Source: Fonticula alba ATCC 38817 (lineage: Eukaryota; Protista; Nucleariida). From it: a DNA stretch of 26,824 bases. Positions 12,864-23,500 of the stretch are shown here, one piece after another. Below the pieces are notes generated by a model. It saw only the letters and a program-made list of their open reading frames with translations. It did not search any database and was not told the origin of the DNA. Within the stretch, counting starts at the first letter, position 1, and every line of letters starts with the position of its first letter. The stretch lies in assembly GCA_000388065.2 (NCBI GenBank), contig KB932206.1; one strand, written 5' to 3'. The position numbers and the translations under genes are program-made.

Positions 12864-15740
12864 TGTAGCGATGGGGGGGGAAGGGGCTCTCAGACAACGG
12901 GAGGCAAGGGGGAGGGGCTCATCAAAGGAGGAAGGAGAGGGAGGAGGGGGGGGGGATGATCTCTCGTTCTGCTGCTTCACAGGACGCCTGGCGCCCCGAA
13001 CCGAAGGGCGTCCCTTAAGTAGCCGACTGATCGGCCCTTCGGGCGAGGCAGGACCTCCCGGCACCTGAGACCCGGGTGGCTAGTGGGGAAGCAAGGCTGG
13101 AGCACGGTCCGTTGGAATTTTCCCGCTGGACCAGCGGCAGAGCCCCCTCGGCGGGGAGGGCGCCGACGCGCCGCGAGCCCCCGCCGTCAGGGAGCTTGCG
13201 ATCTGGCACGGCGCAGGGTGCACCTGCGCGCATGCATGCAAGCCGGAATACGGCCCCCGCCCCCTCTCCCCGTCGCCGTCGCCCCCACCCGCACCGGGCC
13301 ACAGAGGCCGAGAGCGGGCCCTCCCGTGCAGCGATAGACCAGGGAACAATAACCCGACAACGGGGCCGGGCAAAGTCCCGACGTGCGGCCAAAGTGAGAT
13401 CCTGTCTTCGGACAGGGTGACGCCTGTCCCGCTGCCCAGGTGGGCGCAGCGATGCTCTGCCCCCGGGTCCTCTCGGCCCACCTCCCCCCCCCCCCCCCGG
13501 GGGGGGGTGACAAAGATGAGGCCATGAAAGGCCGGCACGAAGGCGCCCGTGGCGTGCACGCAGCCGGGCCGGGACGTTAATGCCGGCGTCGAGCCGGTGT
13601 GCCGCCACCCTCGGAGACGGGGGCCACCCACGTTTACGGACGGCCCGAAGAGGGGGGGGGGGGAGAGGCAGGCACGGTGGCGGGGGGGGATCTCGGGAAA
13701 ATAGTTCGCAAAAAATGGACACCCCGCGCGCACCCCCTCGCGGAGGTGTTGTCTCCCGGGACCGGCTCCGGCTCCGGCTCGAGCGGGTCCCCAGCCGGAC
13801 CAGGGGGGGGGGGGTCACTTCGTGGGGGCCCTCGCCCGATACTTGTGGGCCGTTCTCCCCCCGGGCACCGGCGATTGCCAACTGATCTCGACAAACAGGA
13901 GAAACAAGGGACGACCCCGACACGCGCCCACGCCCACACATGTACATGTACGCAGGCAGACCCACGCGAAACTCGGGCGGCGCATGCGCGCCGGCAAACA
14001 ACGCCCACCACCGCCCGGCGCCCCAACATTTGACCCGCCGCCGGCTGGCCCCCGCCCCCCCCCGCCGCCGGGCGGTGGCCGGCCCCGAGGTGGCCACCCA
14101 ACGCTAGCAGCCGAGAGAAGGCGAGAGACAAAGGGAGGGAGCGCACCAAACCCTCTCCCTGGATGACACGCTCCAGGCGAACCCGAGGCGACACGGCATG
14201 GAACACAGTGGGTTCCCAAAAAGAGGGGGGCTGGAGATGTCGCCTCCGGAGAATGGGAGGGCCAAAAGGTGCGGACACACGGAAGCACAGACAGGGCACC
14301 ATGAGCACGCACCGCGCCGCACCGCACCGCGCAGGGGCCGTCCCATCGGTATCGCCGGGGGCCGAAGTGCTGCCGCACGCCGCCCCCTTTTCGCGCGGAC
14401 GGCGTACCGCGCGAGGGATGCGGGCCCTTCGTCCCCCCACCCGCGCCGGGCCGCCCCGGCCCCCAGCTCACCGGGCGGAACGGGCTGTGGGTTAGGGCGG
14501 ACCAGGGGGGCGGGAGACGGGCGTGCACGCGAACGGACATGTTGCCGCGACGAAAGAATGGTCCACGCGCATGCGTAGAATGTCCGGCCCATGGACGCGT
14601 GGGCCCCGTGGCACGAGTCGGAGATGGCTCCCTCGAGGGGGAGAGAGAGAGAGAGAGAGGCCCCCGGGCGAACAAACGCCCGCCGGGGCCTGGGACACAT
14701 CTGGACAGACACCCACCCGCCCTCCTCAGCCCCCCGGTCTGGGGGAGCGGAGGGGGGGGGGGGGGGCACCGGCTGGGCCAGGCGCGCCGGGAAAGAACAG
14801 CCGATTCTTCCCGGCGGCCGGAATGTCGGGGTGCCTCGCGGGTCCCCACGAGCCGCGGGCAGGAAAAATACGCCCATTTTTCTGCCGCCCCCCTTCCCTG
14901 GGCCGGGGGGGGCATCGAGCGAGCGAGCGAGCGAGAGGGAGGGAGAAGCACGCGCGCGTGAACGCCGGTGCGCCCAGGTCGACACCGAGCGTCGACGGCG
15001 GAGGCCCCCCCCCCCCCCCCCACTCTGGCGTCCCTGACGATCGGCGCTCATATGCGCACCGGGGGCAAGTGTGACGGGGCCGCGCACATGGGATGGGCCG
15101 AGAGCCCAGTCATGTACGAGAGGCGGAATAATCCGCCCCCTATCCTGGCCGCTGGAGAGGCGCAAGGACGGGCGTTGACATACCCCGGCCGAGCGAGCGC
15201 ATGCGTGCATGCTCGGAACAAAGGACCCAGAACCCCGGTCCGCCGGGCACCGAAGGGCGCCCGGGCCAGCCCGCGGCGGCGGCGGCCCAAATTTGGGGCC
15301 CCTGCTGCCCCTCTGCGTCGAACCTCCGATTCGCTCGCCTGCCCTTCTCCGGGGGAGTGTGGATGGGGGGGGGGGGGGGCCAAAAACGGGGCGGTCGGGG
15401 CCGGGGGCCCTCCCCCGCCCCGGGGCCGCCACACGGCCAACAATACCAAACCCAAACCACCCGGGCCCCCCCCCCCCCCCCCAGAAAAGGGCACCAATCT
15501 CTCAACCCCCCCCTCCCAGGGCACCCCGACTTGCCTGGTGGGCCAACCCTGCCCCGCGCCGCACGGCTGTACGCTGGACCGAGTCCCGCAGGGGGGGGCG
15601 GGGGGGGGGGGGCCAAAGTAAACAATCTCCAGCGCAGCCCCGCCCGTGAGGAGGGTCCGAACGAACGCACCAACCCGCGCATCCGCGCCCAGAGCCAGGC
15701 CTGGCACAACAATCGACCCGAGGAGCATGACCTCGCCCCG

Positions 15741-15779
15741 CCGCGCGGAAGGGCCGCGCGGAAGGGCCGCGCGGAAGGG
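15741..15779. repeat. Three perfect tandem copies of CCGCGCGGAAGGG (13 bp)
   Basis: Units at 15741, 15754 and 15767. Confidence 0.9.
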
Positions 15780-16067
15780 CCGGCACAACTCGCAGTGTAA
15801 GACGCCCCGCGCGGCGCCGACACACCGCCGGGCACGCCATTTCCGCTTCCCCCGGCCCCTGGCCTGGGTCCTTTGCGAGGGGCCGATGCGCTCTGGCAAA
15901 CAGCCGCTCCCACGCCCGCCGCCTGACCACTCACGTTATCCGGGGCATGGCGCGCTCCTCGCCGGACATGCCAATGGACAGCGTCCTCCGCGCCGGCCGG
16001 GGCTACTACCTGGGCCCCAGCGCCATACCGGGCCGGAGAACGGGCGCGCCTGCTCGTGGTACGCCTC

Positions 16068-16140
16068 CTGCACGCGCACACACACGCACGCACGCACACA
16101 CGCACGCACGCACGCACGCACGCACGTACGCACGCACGCA
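16068..16140 (-). repeat. (GCGT)n/(GT)n microsatellite, possibly a 70-nt intron
   Basis: On the - strand it reads GTGCGTGC GTACGT GCGT... and ends in GTGCAG. Confidence 0.7.
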
Positions 16141-16248
16141 TATGCAGTGGCGCATTCCCGTCAAAGGGGCTTCTGAGTGGGGCACAAGGCGGCACGAGGT
16201 CGGGCGGGAGGTGGGCCGTGTATTTGGTGCCCATGCTGATACGCGGGC

Positions 16249-16724
16249 TCACGCTGTTGTACGCCACGGGCTCGGGGCACCATCGATGGTTGCAAACACA
16301 AGCCCAGCCGAATTACCGGTATCTAACAGCAGCAGGGCCGTCGAGCCCGCCGCCGGCCCTGGCAGAGGAAGCAGTGACAGATGGTCGCCGGATGGCCGAC
16401 CACCATCCCCGAAAGCCAGGGCACACACCGACTGGGCATGAGCCTGGGCCCCATGGACCGAGGGCATCCCTCCAGGGCCCGGAAGCCGTGCCTCCAGGCA
16501 CCCGCTCGGGGGGACGCGCACGCGAGCCACACCAAACCGCCCGCCAGCAGGCCGCTCCCCAGGCAGGCTGGGGTCCGTGTACCAGCCGAGCAAAAGATGG
16601 CTGTTGCTGACCAGGCTCCCGGGCTGTGGAAGGATCAGCCGGGCGCCAGACGGCACAACCCCCGGGTCGATCCTGAGGACGTGCGACATCGCTGTGAGAA
16701 GGGCAGGCGCCATCAAGGGGTAGG

Positions 16725-16785
<61 letters not shown>

Positions 16786-18509
16786 CGAAAGGGGGAGACG
16801 CGCGCACTTGAGTGGAATGTGACATATCACGGGGGTCTCACCAACCACAGGCAGGACCCAGAGCCCGATGCCTGTGGCGGTACTCCCGGAAGCGAGCCAC
16901 AGACACCGCCGGCCGCCAGGGCCAGCTCGCTGGCACCAGGCGCCCAGCAGAGGCCCGATGCCGGGACCGACGGGAAGCTGCCGGGTGCCGTCCCTCGAAA
17001 GCAGCAACAGATGCCCATGGCCCGGGTCCAGGAGGACTTCCTCCGGTCCCGGAGAGATGGGCAAAAGGCGCGGCATGGCCACTGGCCCGTCGGCCGGCGG
17101 CGGGATGTCCAGCAGGGAGTTCCGCATGCGACCGCCAGCCAGGAGCTCCGAGACCGGGATGAAGATCGCCCGGCTGCCTGCGCGCCCGGGCTGGGAGAAA
17201 ACCACACAGAGCCCCCCATCAGGCAGCCCGAGTGCCGTGCACCGTGCGGGCACCTCGGCTCCGGGCGGAAGGGCCGACGCCTCCAGCGGCCCCGGGCCCA
17301 GGGGAAGCAGCTCGACATCGACCATCCGAGTCCCGGGACACATGTGTGCAACCAGCGCCAGGACCCGGCCGGGGCCCGACCCATGCACAACACACCCCAG
17401 AGCCAGGGTGGCTCTGGAAGAGGCAGGAGCAGGGAGGAGCGCAAAGAAAGGAGGATGAAGGAAAATCGGTCAGGCAAACCCCCTTCAAGATGGCAGGGCA
17501 GGACGACTGATGCCGGTGCGCACATGCTGGGAGACGTGTCGGCACCGATCCCCTCCAGGGGAATGAAGGCAGCCAAGTGAGGGCAGGTGGCCGGCGGCCC
17601 GGAGGCCGGGGCCCTCGCGCTGTCAGGGACCAAAATCCCGGCCATGCCGGCCGGGCAAAAGGCCCACCGCCGCCGGGCACGAGGACCGAGCGCCGCATGC
17701 ACGCGTGCCTCCGCTCGGACGCCCGGCCCCGTGGTCACGCCGTAGACCGCCACCGCGGCCGCTGCCAGTAGCAATGGGGTTATGGTCGAGTCGGTACAGG
17801 AGGAGCAGCGCCCCGGGGTGAAGCCTGTCGCCCGGTCGGATGGCCAGGTGCATTGCCATGCCGGCGGGCCCCCGGCAGGGGGCAGCGTGTGCATCGGATT
17901 GCCGGCCACCGACTCGGCAAAGAGAGGCACATCGTCCAGCGAGTGGGGGGATGTGGTCGCCGCCGCCGCCACCACCAGAGTCTGAGTGCCGGACACGCTG
18001 GCACCCTCGGACGACCAGCTGTCGGGCAGGGTGTCGAGTGCGGGGGTCAGGGACTCGGGCGGGGGATTGGGCAGGGGCCCGGCCTGGAGGGGCCGGCCGA
18101 CATCCAGCGGGGCCATGGCCGCCGACGGGATGGGCGACCGCTCGGCCGCGGGAATCGACCGGCCATGGGCCAGGCGGTCGCGCGGCCGGTCCGGCTGTGT
18201 GTCATTGTGCCCGGGGGGGACGGGCTGCGTCACGTCGGACGAAGTGCCGAAGCTGGCAGCCGGGCCCGGGCTCGTCATCAACATGGGGCCATTCCCCACC
18301 GATGACGGAAGGGCCCAGGCAAGGGTGTCCGGCGAGGCGTGCGCGCCCGGCAGCGTGTCTACCTCTTCCAATCCGGCCCGGCACAGCTGGGCATAGTAGT
18401 GCAGCAGGCGCCGGCGACGCTCAAGCAAAAGCGCCCGCCATTCCGACACGCCCAGGGCGAGACGCTCGCGATCGCGCGCCAACGAGGACCCCGGGGGATG
18501 ATCGGCCAT
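16249..18509 (-). CDS. Unknown protein of about 670 aa; likely exons 18509-17524, 17413-16842, 16691-16249 (the 3' end may extend by further splicing towards about 16010-15940)
   Basis: ATG follows a pyrimidine-rich leader. Introns GTGCGC..CAG (17523-17414) and GTGAGA..(CT)n..CAG (16841-16692) join two long ORFs in frame. The stop TGA overlaps a possible GTGAGC donor, so the end is uncertain. No family recognised. Confidence 0.6.
16725..16783. repeat. (GA)n/(CT)n microsatellite inside an intron
   Basis: Read directly. Confidence 0.9.
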
Positions 18510-19024
18510 TGGGCTGGAAGAGGCTTCCGCGGCAGGGGCCGATCGGCAGGAGAGGGCAGGGCAGAGAGGGAGTAGAGGGCAGGGCAGAGAGGGAGGAGAG
18601 GGCAGGGCAGAGAGGGAGGAAGGCACAGCCGCGAGGGGGAGCGGGGCGAGGGAGAGACGCGAAGCAGCGGGGCGGGCGGGCGGGCGGGCGGGCGGGCGGA
18701 GGGGGGAGATCTGAGTCGGGGCAGCCGAGCCTGCCGGGCGCCACCTAGGCGGCCGGAAAATGTGCGGGCGGTGACTGATGCATTGGCATATCGGCGTTCT
18801 CCATTTGCAGACTTCCGTAGCTGACACCGGACCTCGTGCTGGCCGATCGCCCAGAGTGTGGGGGAAGGCATCGCGCGCGCCGGCCCCGGCTGAGCGCTGA
18901 CGGCCGGCAAGGGGACACGCCTGGGGGGCCCGGGGCAGCGGAGGGGGAAGGAAAGAAGAGGCAGCAATCTCGGTAGCATGCCAGGCAAGGGGGGACCCAT
19001 CCAGCGCCTTTCCCCCTCTGTCCG

Positions 19025-19060
<36 letters not shown>
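19025..19060. repeat. C36 homopolymer in a divergent intergenic region
   Basis: Read directly; the longest homopolymer I noted. Confidence 0.9.
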
Positions 19061-19062
<2 letters not shown>

Positions 19063-19189
19063 CTGCATCCCTCTCCTCCCCTGTCCTCTGTCTCTCTCGC
19101 GCCTGCACTTGGACGCCTACTTTTGTGGACGTCTTTTCCTCCCTCTCCCTCCCTCCCGTTGTCGCTCTCGCCCTCCCTTCCCTCGGAAC

Positions 19190-19437
19190 ATGTCCTCCTA
19201 CATGCCACTGCCGCCGAAGCACCTGCTGGAGCCAACTCAGGCCCCATACAAGCGGAGAATGATGGCTATCATCGGTGTTGTGGCAGTTGGCGCGTTGATC
19301 TTCCCTCATGTACGTTCCTTGCTGTTGAGATCGCGTCATGATATTGCTGCGATGATTGTCCTTGGAGGGGCTCCCGCTGGCGATGGTTTGCTTTGACCGG
19401 GTGTCTGACGGGTACCCTTTGCCCTTGGCGTGTACTG

Positions 19438-19470
<33 letters not shown>

Positions 19471-19545
19471 NNNNNNNNNNNNNNNNNNNNNNNNNNNNNN
19501 NNNNNNNNNNNNNNNNNNNNNNNNNNNNNNNNNNNNNNNNNNNNN

Positions 19546-19638
<93 letters not shown>

Positions 19639-20052
19639 ATGTGTTCCCAAACACAGTATTGGTTCGGTGAGGACCCCCAGCGCATCAAGTTCCTGAAGCG
19701 CTTCTACCCGGAGAAGCGCTTCCGGGTGACGAATCCCCCTTGGACGCCGGAAACCTGGGACGCGGTCAATGATTTGATGAAGCACGAGTTCCCCAAGATC
19801 ATGGTCACCCAGCCGGACCGTTTGCCCCTGCCTTCGGAGATCGCCGCCGAGCAGGGCTACCAATCGCAGCTGGTTTCGGATATTTTGCACCAAACGCCCG
19901 AGGTTTTCTCCGGGACTGTGCCCTTGGTTGTGCACCAGCATGCGCAGGAGCTCCGTGAGGCGAAGGCCCGGAAAGAGGCTGCTGCGGCTGCGGCTGCGGC
20001 TGCGGCTGCGGCTGTCGAAGCTGCTCCTGACGCTGCCTCCTCTGCACAGTAG
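19190..20052 (+). CDS. Unknown small membrane protein, 171 aa, one predicted N-proximal TM helix, poly-Ala C-tail; exons 19190-19309 and 19657-20052
   Basis: MSSYMPLPPKHLLEPTQAPYKRRMMAIIGVVAVGALIFPH|YWFGEDPQRIKFLKRFYPEKRFRVTNPPWTPETWDAVNDL... A phase-0 GTACGT donor and CAG acceptor keep the frame, and exon 2 has a GC3-rich coding pattern. A hidden exon in the gap cannot be excluded. Confidence 0.75.
19435..19637. repeat. (CTG)n trinucleotide tract interrupted by a 75-N gap (19471-19545)
   Basis: About 12 triplets before and about 30 after the gap, with single TTG interruptions. Confidence 0.95.
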
Positions 20053-20186
20053 GCTTGACTCACGAAATAGCCAAATATGCCTCCATCTTTCTTTCCGGCG
20101 TAGAGGGAGGGAACGGGCCGGGATGACGTGGGGAGGGGAAAGCACACACACACAAGGACGGCGAGATGAAGATAAGGAGACAGGGG

Positions 20187-20273
<87 letters not shown>
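20187..20273. repeat. (GA)n microsatellite
   Basis: Read directly; a few AA interruptions. Confidence 0.9.
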
Positions 20274-20496
20274 GCTTACGCGGTGTGGATTTCCCCAGAT
20301 GCCCACACATGTGTTGCGAAGCCGGCCGGGGCGGAAGGGGTCTTGGTCATGGGCCATTGTCCATATCCTCGTGATGATACAGCGACAATGTTAACTTGGT
20401 TACTTTAATTCACTCGGCGGCGCTCTCAAAGGGGTCTCCAGAACAGAGACCCAGTCAAGGAAGCGTGACAGGGGAAAGACAATTCATCGGGCGGGG

Positions 20497-20506
20497 NNNN
20501 NNNNNN
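20497..20506. other. Assembly gap (10 N)
   Basis: N run. Confidence 1.
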
Positions 20507-23500
20507 CGACTGTCGCGTCAAACCCACACGGGCGAGTGGGATGGGGCCGCACCCCGGCGGACACGCCCCTCTCGGGTGTGAGCGATCGCCCGGCGAACCA
20601 GCGCGACCTCTCGTACACTCACGCGCACGCGCACAGCCACACAGAGACACACGCAGCAGGTCATTGTCGCGCCGGGGGGGTCGCGGGGCCTGGGGGAGGG
20701 GTTACGCGAGGAGGGCGCCGCCCACCCTCATTTGGAAAAGTGTTCGCCGAAGGGTGCCAGCGTCTCCATGTGGCCGAGGGCTGGCTGGCGGGCAATGGCC
20801 CGTGTCGCCTGGGCGTGTGGTCGCCGTTGGGCGGGGAGCAGGAACTGGCCTGCCGGCGGCCAATGGTGATCTCCCAGGACCGACGGAGGTGAAGGCATTC
20901 CTCCGTGCCAGAGGGAGCCCCGGAGGCATTCCAGTGTTTCACGGCGGACAGGGTGTCAGCCGTGTGTGTGTGTGTGTGTGTGGCCACCGGACCGGTATCG
21001 CCGCCCCTTTCCCCTTTGCGAACAGCCAATCCACCGGGGAGGCCCTTGCCGCCCACTCGGTCCTTTGCCACTCGCCGGCCGGGCCTCGGGCGAGAGGGCC
21101 GGGCTCGGGCCCGGAAAGGGCCCCGGGAAATGTGCGGGCGCCCGGGATCCCGGCGTGCGGTCCGACCCGGCCCGGCGCCGGGTTGGGGGGGGGGGAACAC
21201 CGCACCGGGGGCGGGCCGAGCACGGCCCCGGCGAGTGCCTCTGTGCCCCCTGCCCCGGGCATGGGTCGCCTGTCAGTGACTTGCCCCGTGCGGTCGCCGG
21301 GAGGCCGGCCGGTGGCGTTGTCTTTTCGAGGGCGCGTCCAGGTCGTGCCCCTGGGCTGGCTAATGAGCTTCTTGTTTGTGTCCCTCCACTGATCGTGCTG
21401 GCGGGTAGAGAGGGGACGAGCCGAGGGGCCAGGAAGGGGCGAGCAGAGCAAAGCGCCCGCGCCGAGCGGCGGGCCTCGGGCTCCGAAATGGGCCCCAGCG
21501 AGCCTCGACGGCCTGCCATGCCCTCGCTCGGGAAAAGGGGGTCTGCCTCCGGGCGGGGCCGGCGGACGCGCCCGAGCCGCCAGACGCCCAGTCAGAGGGG
21601 TTACACACACACACACACCGGCCGGAGAATGGCCGCGGCCCGGGATTCGCCAGGGCCGCAGCGCGCCACCGACCACGCCCCCTTGCCCATGGCACTGTTG
21701 TGGCCTGGCTCGCGCCAGCCCCCCCGGCCAGATGAACAGCCGAGGGGGCAGGAAGCACGGCCAAAACGGGTCGGAGAAGCGGGGCCGGGGGCGGCGGGGT
21801 CCCCCTCAGTGCGGAATAGGGCTCTCGGGGGGGCGGGGGGGGGGCCGATTCCAAGGAACATGAGTCACACAGTTGGGCACCCATCCAGGAGCGGGGCCGG
21901 GCGAAATAACCGTGCATCGGGGGGGGGGGGGCGTGCGCCCGGACATGCGTACGCCCAGGTCCGGCGCTCGGGTCCTCTCGGCGCGGCGTCCGTCTGTCGG
22001 CGGACGGGTTGCCGCACTCGCCGCCCGGGCCCCCTGTCGACGTCGGCTCTCGCCCGGCGCCCCCGGCGGAGCCCGGTCTCCGAAATCTCGGGAGCAGGTG
22101 CCCCTGGCCGGCGTACACACACCAGGGAGGCGGTGACCGGGGGGGGGGGGGGAGAGGGGGACCGGGGAGGAGGCAGCCTTGCTCCGGCAGGGCGCCTACA
22201 CGCTGCGCCTCCTGGGCGCCCTTGTCGGGGGTTGGAGGCGGAAACACGGCCTGGCCCCGGGCGAATGGCAGCACGCGATGGTGGCAAGCACCCTCTCCGG
22301 TGCCGGGCCTTACGCCACGCCATGCTTTGCCTGCGAATTGGTGTCTTGGCACGGGTGCGCGCGCGAGCGCGCGCACGAGCCACCCGCTCGGCCTCTGTTC
22401 GGCCCCACCGGCTGGCCCAGACGCGGGAAGACGGCGCCGGCCCGCCCGCCACATGGACAAGAGCTGCCCTTGAGCGCCGGGCCGGCGCCCGCCTCGCTCC
22501 GCCGTGTCTGCCCTTGTGAGGGCGGCTGGTCGTCCGCCTGGCGCGGGCTGCCGTCGGGCGGCCAACGCCCCGCGCGCCTGGCCTCGTCAGACCCGCCGGG
22601 TTCTGCTGCTCCCCGGGCTCCTACGTGGCCCGGGGGCCGGCCGCTCCCAGCGGCCTTTGGCTGCCAACGGAATTGGCCCATTCAATGACACCCCGGCCGA
22701 GGAGGGCCCGGACCGCGGCCGGCCGGCCCTCTTGGGCTCCGGTGTCCCGGCTCGGCGTGCCTTTCTCCGGATGCCAGGGCGTGCGGGTGCCCTCTGCCAG
22801 GGCTCCCCGCGGCGCTGGTCGAAAGGGCAGTGCCTGGGGGGGGGGGGGGGGACGGGGCCACCCTCCGGGCTGCGCGGCCGAGGCATCCAAGCGCAAGCAT
22901 CCCCCGGCAGTGTGGACTTGCGTGCCGGCGGGCATGGATGAAAACGCGAGCCCCGGCGCGGGAGGTCCCCTACAAGGAGGCATGCACAACGGCACGCGCG
23001 CCAGCGCGCGCCCTCGGCCTGGGCGCGTGAGCCCCCCCCCCCCCGGCCCCCGGGAGAGGCCCCCGTGTGAGGAATCGAGCATATTGGACTGGTCGTCCAT
23101 CCACGCGGACAAGTGCCCGATATTCGCCCACCCATCCGGACCTTTCGCAAGGGCGGCGAGGGATGAGCTGAGGGGGCGGGGAGGGGGGGGGGAGGCCGTG
23201 TTCCCCGGGTCTAGGTCCTCGGCTGGTTCCATTCTTCGGGATGATTGACACTGCCGCGTCCCGGGGCTTGGCCGCGGCGGGCCCAGACGCCAGCCCCAAC
23301 ACAATGTCGGAGGGGCCCCCCCCCCGACCGTGGCAGTGGGGAGCGGCGGGGCGGGACATACACAGTTCGCCTCATCTGAGAGGCGGCTTGCTCGGGTATG
23401 CGGGCACTGTGAGTGGGCGATTGGCGCGCGCGCATGCGAACGCGAATCTTCCCGCTCCGCGCCCATCAGGGGGGGGGGAACAGTTCCTCTAAGTGGGTGT

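Noticed and set aside
18359-20310. PolyQ, polyS, polyA, polyL and polyC ORFs over the CTG tract
   Set aside because: Translations of an intronic triplet repeat read across N bases.
20187-20357. Minus-strand GTAAGC donor followed by (CT)n, suggesting a convergent gene
   Set aside because: No good acceptor before running into the plus-strand gene, and no coding-like upstream exon.
20371-20496. Possible C/D snoRNA (GTGATGA box C at 20371)
   Set aside because: No CTGA box D or terminal stem before the gap.
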